64,000 nucleotides of DNA from a virus (taxonomy: Duplodnaviria; Heunggongvirae; Uroviricota; Caudoviricetes), in IMG/VR virus record IMGVR_UViG_3300025009_000056. The stretch is one strand, 5' to 3'. Position numbers and translations under genes: made by a program. The notes beneath the pieces were generated by a model. That model saw only the letters and a list, made by a program, of their open reading frames with translations, had not been told where the DNA came from and did no database searches. Positions 52,859 to 61,135 of this stretch are shown here, in pieces; positions within the stretch are counted from its first letter, which is position 1, and each line of letters opens with the position of its first letter.

Positions 52859-53209
52859 TTATTTTTCACCCCAGTTGACAGGCAGTAATTTCGAAAGAAA
52901 CTCTCTTATTTTCTGGAGCATTGTTTTCTTTTTTTCAACAGGTCTATAATTATCTAATACCGATTGCGCCTTATTGCTTTCGGATTGCCATGAATCAAAG
53001 ACTCCAATGTGATGTGATATTAATGGCAGCTTTGTTGGAATAAGTTTTTTGCGTTTTGGTTTTATCCGGTAATTAAAACCATTTGCGCAATGCTTACATC
53101 TTTTTGCATCTCTAACACTGAGTAATGGGCAGTTTAAACACTTTTTAAGTTTTTCACCAGACACAGCAATGTAAAATGCATCTAATCGCTCAATATAACC
53201 ACGCTTCAT
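52859..53209 (-). CDS. Cys-containing hypothetical protein (116 aa)
   Basis: CLNCPLL...CKHCANG. Confidence 0.45.
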   Translation of the reverse strand: MKRGYIERLDAFYIAVSGEKLKKCLNCPLLSVRDAKRCKHCANGFNYRIKPKRKKLIPTKLPLISHHIGVFDSWQSESNKAQSVLDNYRPVEKKKTMLQKIREFLSKLLPVNWGEK

Positions 53210-53210
53210 A

Positions 53211-53708
53211 TTATTTTCTATTTAAAATTTCCACAACTTTCTCAGCACATATTCTCGTTAATCCATAACCGATGTCAATGCAATCCGGATGGTCGCTATT
53301 GCCGGATGTTTGTACGAAATTATCCATCTGGCTCGGCAGCATATCGGTGCAATCGTCGATTATGCAATAATTCTCCACCTCATCCTTGTGTTCATTCAGG
53401 TATTGTTGAATTTCAAACCCCCTATCAACCTCGTCGTAGTATTCACACACTCCGGTTTCAACCACATCAACCTCATATGGTGTAACATTAATCACTTCTC
53501 CGGCTAATCCGCGATGTTTCCACATTGCTTGCATAACATCCAGCCCATCCGCTTTCCATGTTGAACTAATAACAATTTTGGCTCCGGTTTGCTCGATAAC
53601 ATACCGCAAATTATCCTCAAAATGCCTATGAAACAAACCGCCGAATTCATCACGGTCTACCGGAATCACATTCAATACGCCGTCAATGTCTAAAAATATT
53701 ATTTTCAT
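53211..53708 (-). CDS. HAD-superfamily phosphatase (possibly deoxyribonucleotidase-like)
   Basis: MKIIFLDIDGVLN (DxDx[TV] motif I), ...VISSTWK (motif II-like). Confidence 0.55.
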   Translation of the reverse strand: MKIIFLDIDGVLNVIPVDRDEFGGLFHRHFEDNLRYVIEQTGAKIVISSTWKADGLDVMQAMWKHRGLAGEVINVTPYEVDVVETGVCEYYDEVDRGFEIQQYLNEHKDEVENYCIIDDCTDMLPSQMDNFVQTSGNSDHPDCIDIGYGLTRICAEKVVEILNRK

Positions 53709-54032
53709 TTACTCCTCAATTTTTAAAGATGAAATATACTCGGTTCTACTGCGGGAATATTTACCATCATAAAAAACAGCTATTATCTTTCCGGATACTC
53801 CGCAATACTCTATTAATTTCTTTTTCGCCGCTTTCATTAAGTTCTTTTCATCCGAATCTTTTATGTGACCAAAAGCTATGTTTTCATTTTCAAGGTTTGA
53901 AAAAACTCTATCATCCAACGCAAAAGTTCCAGACTCAACATCGTCCATATCCAACATACTGTTTACGCTCCAAAACGTCGCATAAAAATGTTCTGACTGA
54001 TTACTGAATTTTGTGATATTTATCGCTTTCAT
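53709..54032 (-). CDS. Hypothetical protein (107 aa)
   Basis: ORF tiling. Confidence 0.45.
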   Translation of the reverse strand: MKAINITKFSNQSEHFYATFWSVNSMLDMDDVESGTFALDDRVFSNLENENIAFGHIKDSDEKNLMKAAKKKLIEYCGVSGKIIAVFYDGKYSRSRTEYISSLKIEE

Positions 54033-54042
54033 TCTTGTTTTA

Positions 54043-54300
54043 TCAGCAATTCTTTTTCATAAAATCATTAATCGTATCAGTAACCGAACCGGAGATAGAT
54101 AATGATAAAGCACACTCTCCTTTTTTATCAGCTATCTTGTGGATATTACCGCACACTTTTTCCAACATGCTTTTGAGTTGCGATTCTGTAATATGGAAAA
54201 CCTTCTCGTTTTCATACTTATCAGCATCTCCAATCAATTTGGATATAGTCATATCCTGAATCGCATTATTCCATCCAAAATTAGCTTTTTCTTTTTTCAT
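54043..54300 (-). CDS. Hypothetical protein (85 aa)
   Basis: ORF tiling. Confidence 0.45.
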   Translation of the reverse strand: MKKEKANFGWNNAIQDMTISKLIGDADKYENEKVFHITESQLKSMLEKVCGNIHKIADKKGECALSLSISGSVTDTINDFMKKNC

Positions 54301-54322
54301 CTTTACTTGTTTTTAAATAAAA

Positions 54323-54649
54323 TCAGATAGCAAGGACGGAATCAGCAAAAGTCTTATCAATTGGCAACGTATCACTTTTTACATTCACCTCTTTAAGATA
54401 TTTACAAATACCACCGAGTCCACGCCACACAGTGTAATAAACTGTGTCAAAATGTTCCAAAACTTTTTCATCAATTCGTTCTGTCACAAAATTTATAGCA
54501 CTTTCACTCGATTTAAAATGGTGCTTTTTACCATAAGGAATATAAATAGAGTGTCTTTCTACATTGTAAGCCTCTCTACCGTACTCAGGGTAATGCCTGT
54601 TTTTATTAAAACAAACCTCTATTTTAAATTTTTCATCTTTTGCTTCCAT
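54323..54649 (-). CDS. Hypothetical protein (108 aa)
   Basis: ORF tiling. Confidence 0.45.
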   Translation of the reverse strand: MEAKDEKFKIEVCFNKNRHYPEYGREAYNVERHSIYIPYGKKHHFKSSESAINFVTERIDEKVLEHFDTVYYTVWRGLGGICKYLKEVNVKSDTLPIDKTFADSVLAI

Positions 54650-54668
54650 GATTTCATTTTTTAATTTG

Positions 54669-54743
54669 TGGTTCCGGAGGGACTTGAACCCCCGACCCTC
54701 TGCTTATGAGGCAGACGCTCTATACCAACTGAGCTACGGAACC
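54669..54743 (-). tRNA. tRNA-Met (anticodon CAU; elongator-type; could be tRNA-Ile2 if lysidinylated)
   Basis: rc: GGTTCCGTAGCTCAGTTGGTATAGAGCGTCTGCCTCATAAGCAGAGGGTCGGGGGTTCAAGTCCCTCCGGAACCA; full cloverleaf, anticodon loop CTCATAA. Confidence 0.85.
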
Positions 54744-54776
54744 AATTATTTTCAAAACTACTGCGTCTGCCAAACG

Positions 54777-55091
54777 TTATTTTAAACACTTTTTAAGCGC
54801 GGGTATGCATTTTTTCATTCTACAAAACTCACAATCCTTTCTACCACAATCACGTTCACCCTCGTCACTATTACGGCAGGCAAGAGGATAATTTATCTCT
54901 ATCAGATAAAGCGCCTCTCTCAATAATTTTTCAGGAACAAGAACCGATTCCAATGGCTTTATTTCGAAATTAACATATCCTGAATGCGTCAAATCATCAT
55001 TTAAACAATACAAGAGAGAACCCTCATCCGATTCATCATCATCGAAAGTTGATTCTATATCCAATATGTATTTTCCGCGTACCTTTTTCAT
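54777..55091 (-). CDS. Hypothetical protein (104 aa)
   Basis: ORF tiling. Confidence 0.45.
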   Translation of the reverse strand: MKKVRGKYILDIESTFDDDESDEGSLLYCLNDDLTHSGYVNFEIKPLESVLVPEKLLREALYLIEINYPLACRNSDEGERDCGRKDCEFCRMKKCIPALKKCLK

Positions 55092-55465
55092 AAAGACTCT
55101 TGTTTTTTAATACTGATTTGTGCTTTCCGAATGATGTCTTTTTCATTTACGCCTAAGTATTTATATGAAGAATTATAACCGCCTGTTGGCTTACTGAAAT
55201 CTTTTGTGGTAGATTCAACACCTATCACCCACCTATTATCAATCGCCGTTGATGTTATTCCGTTGAAGCGAATGTTTTTTACAACACCGAAATAATCTTT
55301 ACCGTTACCTCTCCACCATTCGGTAAAAATTACCTTATCGCCTTTTTTGAACGGGCAATATTTTTTTATGATTGCCTCCTCCATTTTTGAAAGTGCAACT
55401 TCTTCTTTTGCAATATCAGCTTGTTTGCTATGGAAGTCGATAATTTCCTGTTCTAATTTTTTCAT
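55088..55465 (-). CDS. Hypothetical protein (125 aa)
   Basis: ORF tiling. Confidence 0.45.
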   Translation of the reverse strand: MKKLEQEIIDFHSKQADIAKEEVALSKMEEAIIKKYCPFKKGDKVIFTEWWRGNGKDYFGVVKNIRFNGITSTAIDNRWVIGVESTTKDFSKPTGGYNSSYKYLGVNEKDIIRKAQISIKKQESL

Positions 55466-55693
55466 TTAATACCCCCTTTTTACAAAACGAACAATCGCAG
55501 ATGCAAATGATTGCATATTTTTGTAGAATTTATCTTTATCATTGTTCAAATCTATTCTCTGATACAGCGGTCTTTCTTTTTCACTTCCGCTTCTGTAAAT
55601 GAAACTGAAATTATGATTTTCATAAATCACTCCTCTTTTAAGATTGGCTTCTACCTCTTGAATTTCCGATTTTTTTACTGTTACATTTTTCAT
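55466..55693 (-). CDS. Hypothetical protein (75 aa)
   Basis: ORF tiling. Confidence 0.45.
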   Translation of the reverse strand: MKNVTVKKSEIQEVEANLKRGVIYENHNFSFIYRSGSEKERPLYQRIDLNNDKDKFYKNMQSFASAIVRFVKRGY

Positions 55694-56013
55694 AAAGACT
55701 CTTGTTTTTTAAGGGTAAGCATTTCACTGAATTCATTAATGTTAGTCGGCAATTTTTCGTAAACACGCTCTCCGTTTCTCAGGGCGTAAAAACGCTGGTC
55801 TTCCGTATCATTAAAAACATACACGTAAAGTTTCCCCCAGTTTTCACCAACACCAACATATCTACGAACTTGTATCCGGTCAATCGGGACACCAAGAATT
55901 TCGCTTGCTCTTTTAGTAAACACTTCGTCGCTTACTCTCCAAGCGGCATGGTATTCTACTTTCGCCAATTCTTTTGCCTTTTCATATTCGATTTCGTTAT
56001 CACTTTTTGTCAT
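55690..56013 (-). CDS. Hypothetical protein (107 aa)
   Basis: ORF tiling. Confidence 0.45.
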   Translation of the reverse strand: MTKSDNEIEYEKAKELAKVEYHAAWRVSDEVFTKRASEILGVPIDRIQVRRYVGVGENWGKLYVYVFNDTEDQRFYALRNGERVYEKLPTNINEFSEMLTLKKQESL

Positions 56014-56606
56014 AGACTTGTTTTTGAGTTTTCAACATTGCGTTCATTCAGTATGTGCATGTATTTTACGGCAACCTTTTGGGCATACTCATAGGTGTTC
56101 CACTTTGTGCCACCGGATTCATCAACCACATCTATTTCACAGATTTTCGCATAGTAGTGTTTGCCTCCAAACCATTTGTCGATTTTAATATCGGCTTCAG
56201 TGTATTGGTAATTTCCGGATATTTCCTCAATCTCATACTTCTCATCCGGCTTAATAGAGAAATAACCACCATTTTTATTAATAACCAGCTTTAGACCATC
56301 GAGTACATCTTTTAATTGATTGCCTAAAACAGAGCCTTGTAAAAGTTTGAGATTAGCCAACATGGGTTCCCGCTCACTAATCTCGTCAATCATTCCACAA
56401 CCAATTCCAGCGACTCCGGTTAACATAGAATGATTATGTCCTATAAAAGTTCTGTTGTTTTTAATCTCGTTCTCGGCAACAGTAAACTTATTATTTAGCT
56501 CAGTCATGTACAATTTGTAATCATCAATATCCCGAATAAACAGGCAATCTGAATACTTAAGCCAGTAACCCTTTTGTTCGACTTTCACATTATATCTTTT
56601 AAGCAT
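56010..56606 (-). CDS. Hypothetical protein (198 aa)
   Basis: ORF tiling. Confidence 0.5.
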   Translation of the reverse strand: MLKRYNVKVEQKGYWLKYSDCLFIRDIDDYKLYMTELNNKFTVAENEIKNNRTFIGHNHSMLTGVAGIGCGMIDEISEREPMLANLKLLQGSVLGNQLKDVLDGLKLVINKNGGYFSIKPDEKYEIEEISGNYQYTEADIKIDKWFGGKHYYAKICEIDVVDESGGTKWNTYEYAQKVAVKYMHILNERNVENSKTSL

Positions 56607-56627
56607 CTGCTTTGAGTTTAAGAGTGA

Positions 56628-56828
56628 TTAACAAGAGCCTAACTTACGGAGTAATTCACCACACTCCCTTTTTGTATCCTCCCAGTTTTTGCGTTCGATG
56701 TCGCCTAAATCTTTTTGGGATAATTTATCGTTTGCCACATACCAGTAATTATTCACAGCCTCAAGGACTAAGCTTACCTCATTCTCGTTTAATGTTTCCA
56801 TATTACGATTCTTTTTCAAATTCAACAA
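56628..56828 (-). CDS. Hypothetical protein (66 aa)
   Basis: ORF tiling. Confidence 0.4.
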   Translation of the reverse strand: MLNLKKNRNMETLNENEVSLVLEAVNNYWYVANDKLSQKDLGDIERKNWEDTKRECGELLRKLGSC

Positions 56829-57057
56829 ATCCGTTATTTTTCAGTTCACGACAATATGTTTTTATAATTATTCCGGCTCCGGCGAGTTCTCCAACCGAAA
56901 CATCAATGTCGTTAATAAACATGTCATATACCAAAGTTTTTACTAATTCAGGGAAATTACGCCCAGAGTTATATACAAACTCGTAAAACTTCCTGTGTCC
57001 CGTTTTATCAGCAACCTGATAAATCGCGTCGAGTAATTGTTGCTGTGTATAATTCAT
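56803..57057 (-). CDS. Hypothetical protein (84 aa)
   Basis: ORF tiling. Confidence 0.4.
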   Translation of the reverse strand: MNYTQQQLLDAIYQVADKTGHRKFYEFVYNSGRNFPELVKTLVYDMFINDIDVSVGELAGAGIIIKTYCRELKNNGFVEFEKES

Positions 57058-57062
57058 GTGGG

Positions 57063-57509
57063 TTATTTTTTAGGTTCTACACAAACATTATTTAATTTCA
57101 TTGAGTCAATCACTAATCCGAGTTCGCAAATCAGAGCCTTATTTCTTTCGTATGCGCTCGAGTGGTGATTAGCAACATCGGTAACGAGATATGGGGAGTA
57201 GATAATACTCCCAGCAATACCGTAAACCTCATTCCAAAAAGTTGCATCTTTATTTTTTGCGTTTGCCTCTGGATTTCCGTTTACAAAACCATGTTTATGT
57301 AATGCATGGTGAATCATCTCATAAACAAACCTACGCCATTCATCAAGTCCATTGTAATGAGTTTCCTTACTATGCTTTTCTCTCGAAAAAACGAGGTTCG
57401 CGTAAAACAACACAAAATCATCCTTACACGTTTGCGATATACCATCAGCAGCAGCAATTATTTGCCGCGTTGCGTAAAACATCTTTGGGGTTTCGGGTTT
57501 CTTTTTCAT
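57063..57509 (-). CDS. Hypothetical protein (148 aa)
   Basis: ORF tiling. Confidence 0.45.
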   Translation of the reverse strand: MKKKPETPKMFYATRQIIAAADGISQTCKDDFVLFYANLVFSREKHSKETHYNGLDEWRRFVYEMIHHALHKHGFVNGNPEANAKNKDATFWNEVYGIAGSIIYSPYLVTDVANHHSSAYERNKALICELGLVIDSMKLNNVCVEPKK

Positions 57510-57559
57510 GATGCAAAGATAAACAATTATAATGACGTGAAATAATCTTTAACTGTATT

Positions 57560-57862
57560 TTACAACTTTTCCTTATTTTTCCGCATTATCCTATTTCGCT
57601 CTTTATCTAAAGATAACCGAAATCCTTGTCGCCTTAGAATAAAATTAAAAAGCAAATAAAAGCAAAACAGAGTCATTACAACAACACCAACAAAAGATGT
57701 TGGCACGTGATTTTTAGCAATAAAATAAGAAACAAAATAAACCATTGCGCAATCCATTATGCACAGAAACGCAATTCCTGCATAATGCCAAGCTTTTGCA
57801 ATTCGCAACTTGTCTTTGAGAGAGAATATTATTTTCATATTATTTTTTTTTGGGTTTAACAA
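57560..57862 (-). CDS. Membrane protein (100 aa, 2 TM)
   Basis: Hydrophobic segments AGIAFLCIMDCAMVYFVSYFI, VGVVVMTLFCFYLLFNFIL. Confidence 0.45.
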   Translation of the reverse strand: MLNPKKNNMKIIFSLKDKLRIAKAWHYAGIAFLCIMDCAMVYFVSYFIAKNHVPTSFVGVVVMTLFCFYLLFNFILRRQGFRLSLDKERNRIMRKNKEKL

Positions 57863-58149
57863 ATTTTACTCATTGACGGATACGGAATTGGTAAATATTT
57901 CCACGCAACAATATCAACTATTTTCTCATCCATAAGGCTGTACGATTGCTTAACCCACCACACAGGATTAGCTTTTGGTATAATATTCCCAATAACATCA
58001 ATTCTTGCGTAAAAAGCAGTATAAACATCTCCGTAAATATCCGTGATAATGAACGGGTCTTCATGCCGCCAACAATCAGCGCTTAATTCAGGTGGTGTTT
58101 CCGGAGAAAACCATCCATTAGACAGTTTTATCAATTTTTGTTTTTTCAT
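57856..58149 (-). CDS. Hypothetical protein (97 aa)
   Basis: ORF tiling. Confidence 0.45.
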   Translation of the reverse strand: MKKQKLIKLSNGWFSPETPPELSADCWRHEDPFIITDIYGDVYTAFYARIDVIGNIIPKANPVWWVKQSYSLMDEKIVDIVAWKYLPIPYPSMSKIC

Positions 58150-58154
58150 ATCTT

Positions 58155-58508
58155 TTATAGGTTTTCACGAATCCAATTTTTCACCTCATTATAATTACTC
58201 CCAACCAAATCCTGATTACTAAACGGCGTATTCCTGTAATTCTGCATCAGGTTATAGAACTCCTCCGATTCGAGCGCTTTAGCTTTTTGCTCTTTTTTAT
58301 CCAGCTTATCTTGCAATAGGTGTTCGTGTATTGAAAGCATTGCAGCTACGACAAAACTAACCCCAGAGACAAATCCGCAGGCTAGCATGACAATAATATC
58401 ATTCTGTATGAGTGATACTGCAAAACCAAAAACGAAAGCAATTGCCATACCTGCGCAAAATCTTCCCCAAATCTGTGCATCCTTGATTTCTTTCTTAATC
58501 TTTTTCAT
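58155..58508 (-). CDS. Membrane protein (117 aa, 2 TM)
   Basis: GMAIAFVFGFAVSLI..., MLACGFVSGVSFVVAAML. Confidence 0.45.
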   Translation of the reverse strand: MKKIKKEIKDAQIWGRFCAGMAIAFVFGFAVSLIQNDIIVMLACGFVSGVSFVVAAMLSIHEHLLQDKLDKKEQKAKALESEEFYNLMQNYRNTPFSNQDLVGSNYNEVKNWIRENL

Positions 58509-58565
58509 ATTTTTTTGTTTTTTTGGTTATTCCTCTGATTTGCGAATATTGCTTTTTTATTTTGG

Positions 58566-58778
58566 CTAATCCCTATTAGCATCATAATAAAATTCATTCG
58601 GGTTAATAGTTTTCATAGCTTCGTGTGTTTTTTTATCTTCTCCTTTTTTAGAAATAGATAGCATTATTATTTTTGCATACCATTGGCTACGAAAGTGTTC
58701 AAGGTTTTCAGCCTCTCTTGCTACCTCGCCCATGTTTGTACCTAAATAAACTCTTGTTGCGTTTTCTGTTAGTGCCAT
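58566..58778 (-). CDS. Hypothetical protein (70 aa)
   Basis: ORF tiling. Confidence 0.4.
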   Translation of the reverse strand: MALTENATRVYLGTNMGEVAREAENLEHFRSQWYAKIIMLSISKKGEDKKTHEAMKTINPNEFYYDANRD

Positions 58779-58805
58779 TTTGTTTTTTATTTTCGAATTA
58801 AAAAA

Positions 58806-59294
58806 TTACATAATAAACGCCTCGTAAATTTCAACGAACTGCTTTCTACTGTATTCCGCCAGTTCGCTGGTTCTATAACAGAGGCGCGAACCCGCAGTCG
58901 TAGCCGTACTCCAGCGGCCGTAATGCGTACCAGCGAACCCGAACGGCGAGGCATTGAAGTATGGATACCACTTGCGCTGGTCTTTATTATCCCAATCCGG
59001 TGTCCAACCCTCATTAAAAGCCTTAATAAGAATAATGAGTTTCTGATACGCAATTGCATCGGGTGTCAATCCGAGTTTTGAATATTTTTTATCAAACTCC
59101 ACCTCCGTTGTGCCACATTCAATACAGGCATCGGCGAATGTCTTAACCCTGTCGGTAATATCACCCTTAGAATTAAGAATTACCCGAAGCTCTTCGGCTT
59201 CTTTTTGAATTTTAGCGAGACGCTTTTGCGCCTGTTCCCTACTTGTTGTTTTCATGTTGTTATTTGTTGAATTCATAATCAGATTTAATTCCAA
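58806..59294 (-). CDS. Paralog-family protein C (162 aa)
   Basis: VKTFADACIECGTTE...DWDNKDQRKWYPYFNASPFGF...GSRLCYRTSELAEYSRKQF. Confidence 0.65.
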   Translation of the reverse strand: MELNLIMNSTNNNMKTTSREQAQKRLAKIQKEAEELRVILNSKGDITDRVKTFADACIECGTTEVEFDKKYSKLGLTPDAIAYQKLIILIKAFNEGWTPDWDNKDQRKWYPYFNASPFGFAGTHYGRWSTATTAGSRLCYRTSELAEYSRKQFVEIYEAFIM

Positions 59295-59643
59295 CGAGAC
59301 TATTTACTGCCGCAAGCAGTCTAATAACGTCACCCGTATTGAGTTTTGCGTATTTGGCAAGTTCTCCGGCAAAAACAGCCTCTTCCTCCGTGCGAAATGA
59401 CCATGTAGGAGTCAGCTTATTTGAGTAAGTATCATACTTGTGGTCAACAGTAATTTCCGGACGAACATCTTTAGACCACACCAGTAGATTAGCCCTGACA
59501 GCAATTCGTTTACCAAAAGGAACACCGTACTCCTCCATTATCTTGAAAGCTTTTTTGTGCGCTTTCTGACCATCAGTTTCTACCTCGTTATTTTCAATTT
59601 TGTTTTCCATCGCGTTTTTTATTTTTGGGTTTTTAATTAGCAA
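59260..59643 (-). CDS. Hypothetical protein (127 aa)
   Basis: ORF tiling. Confidence 0.45.
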   Translation of the reverse strand: MLIKNPKIKNAMENKIENNEVETDGQKAHKKAFKIMEEYGVPFGKRIAVRANLLVWSKDVRPEITVDHKYDTYSNKLTPTWSFRTEEEAVFAGELAKYAKLNTGDVIRLLAAVNSLVGIKSDYEFNK

Positions 59644-60233
59644 TTTTTACTTTGAGCGTACATCATGGCTTTATTCTTAGCCTCTGTTATAGCAATAAAG
59701 TTTTCTTGTTTACCTCCCTTGTCTGGATGATGAATCATACATAATTCACGGTATCTCGAATTTACTTCCTCTTTCGTAGCTGTAGGCTCAAGGTCAAGCA
59801 ATGCAAAAGAACTGGTAGGGATTGCCATTCCAGCAAGCATTGACAAAAGTAAATCCCCATACCAATCATAAAAACTAAACTCCCGCTCCTCAAATCTACG
59901 GTATTCCTCCCGCCTTTCTTGCGCCCGTTGCCTCTTTTCTCTTTGTGCCTGCATTTCTTCAGGGAAAATATTTTCTCGCAGTTTCGCTATTACGGTTGCG
60001 TAGAAATAATTCCAAAGTTTTTCAGGAAGCTGCCCCATCGTTTTATTATTTACAGCATCCCATTTCATCCGGATTGCATTAATGGCATTATTATAACCCT
60101 TAAATGACTTAGTGGAATTCCCGACTTCAAGCAATGCTGTAAAATCCGCTGTCAGGTCAATCACAAATTCATTGTGGCTAAAATTTACACCCTTGTCAAG
60201 ATTATATTTCTTAACGTATTCCGCAGTTTTCAT
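59637..60233 (-). CDS. J-domain (DnaJ-like) protein, J domain at C-terminus
   Basis: LDLEPTATKEEVNSRYRELCMIHHPDKGGKQENFIAITEAKNKAM - HPD motif and flanking helices. Confidence 0.55.
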   Translation of the reverse strand: MKTAEYVKKYNLDKGVNFSHNEFVIDLTADFTALLEVGNSTKSFKGYNNAINAIRMKWDAVNNKTMGQLPEKLWNYFYATVIAKLRENIFPEEMQAQREKRQRAQERREEYRRFEEREFSFYDWYGDLLLSMLAGMAIPTSSFALLDLEPTATKEEVNSRYRELCMIHHPDKGGKQENFIAITEAKNKAMMYAQSKNC

Positions 60234-60244
60234 TTTATCAGTTT

Positions 60245-60499
60245 TTAATCGTTAGTTGTACAAATTACAAATCCATTTTTAAGTAAGATAACACCATCCC
60301 GAATCTCATTCCAATACGTCTCAGCTGACGGGAGTTCGTCATTATGAGTATCCCAATAAGAATATGTGGGTTTGTTCGCCAGTATTGTATCAATATTAAT
60401 GAGTGCAATTTCACAGGCAGCATCATAATTAACTGCCAGCGGGACAAACTGTGATACGAATTTTCTCGCTGATTCGACTTTTTCTTTTTCAGATTTCAT
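60245..60499 (-). CDS. Hypothetical protein (84 aa)
   Basis: ORF tiling. Confidence 0.45.
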   Translation of the reverse strand: MKSEKEKVESARKFVSQFVPLAVNYDAACEIALINIDTILANKPTYSYWDTHNDELPSAETYWNEIRDGVILLKNGFVICTTND

Positions 60500-60732
60500 C
60501 AGTTTTCAGATTTATCATTACTCATTTCCTCAAGCTCATCAAAATAAGATTTCATGGTAGACCACCAGTCACAACTTCCAAGATGCCAGTGACACCACCT
60601 CCCAACCAATTCGGAGTTAGATAGGCGGTTTATTTCCTCATCAAAAGAGGGGTCAAGACCGTTTTTCGCCCCAATTTCTTTTCTCACGGAACTAAGTATT
60701 CCGATTCCCTGCAACTTTTCAACATTATTCAT
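60499..60732 (-). CDS. Hypothetical protein (77 aa)
   Basis: ORF tiling. Confidence 0.45.
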   Translation of the reverse strand: MNNVEKLQGIGILSSVRKEIGAKNGLDPSFDEEINRLSNSELVGRWCHWHLGSCDWWSTMKSYFDELEEMSNDKSEN

Positions 60733-60749
60733 AATTTTGAGTTTTTAGG

Positions 60750-61001
60750 TTATTGTTTTGAGAGAGCCAATTTAGCCTCAACAAGAGCAAGCCTCATAGC
60801 ATCAAGCTCTCGGTAGAAATCAGAATACATTTCATAAGTGATAACCATATCACCCGTCTTGATATAAAAGCCAAGTTTGCCGGAATATTTCAATTTCATA
60901 TCAAATTTTGTTTGCTGATTTTGAATAATAACACCGCCGCCAGAATCACGTTCATCACGCAAGACTAAGCCACCTATCAAATTAAATGTTTTTGTTGCCA
61001 T
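60750..61001 (-). CDS. Hypothetical protein (~83 aa; ORF track start 61028 is a TTG inside the promoter -7 box; ATG MATKTF at 60999..61001)
   Basis: rc of 61026..61028 = TTG, part of TACATTTG. Confidence 0.45.
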   Translation of the reverse strand: MATKTFNLIGGLVLRDERDSGGGVIIQNQQTKFDMKLKYSGKLGFYIKTGDMVITYEMYSDFYRELDAMRLALVEAKLALSKQ

Positions 61002-61019
61002 GTTTTTAATTTTTGGTTT

Positions 61020-61060
61020 CGGAGACAAATGTACGAAGAAAAAACACTGGTTTGATATAT
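61020..61060 (-). promoter_or_regulatory. Putative promoter, conserved TTTTcgTACATTTG -7 box
   Basis: rc of 61026..61033 = TACATTTG, ~25 nt upstream of ATG 61001; block homologous to 51044..51092. Confidence 0.45.
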
Positions 61061-61135
61061 TTAACTTCCTCGTAACACTTTTGTCAGTTTTAGGCTACCG
61101 AATTTATTCCAGATGCAAATATAAGGATTTTCCCA

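Noticed and set aside
57063-57509. Possible HExxH in YEMIHHALHKHG
   Set aside because: The residue before E is Tyr, not His, so it is not an HExxH zinc-binding motif.
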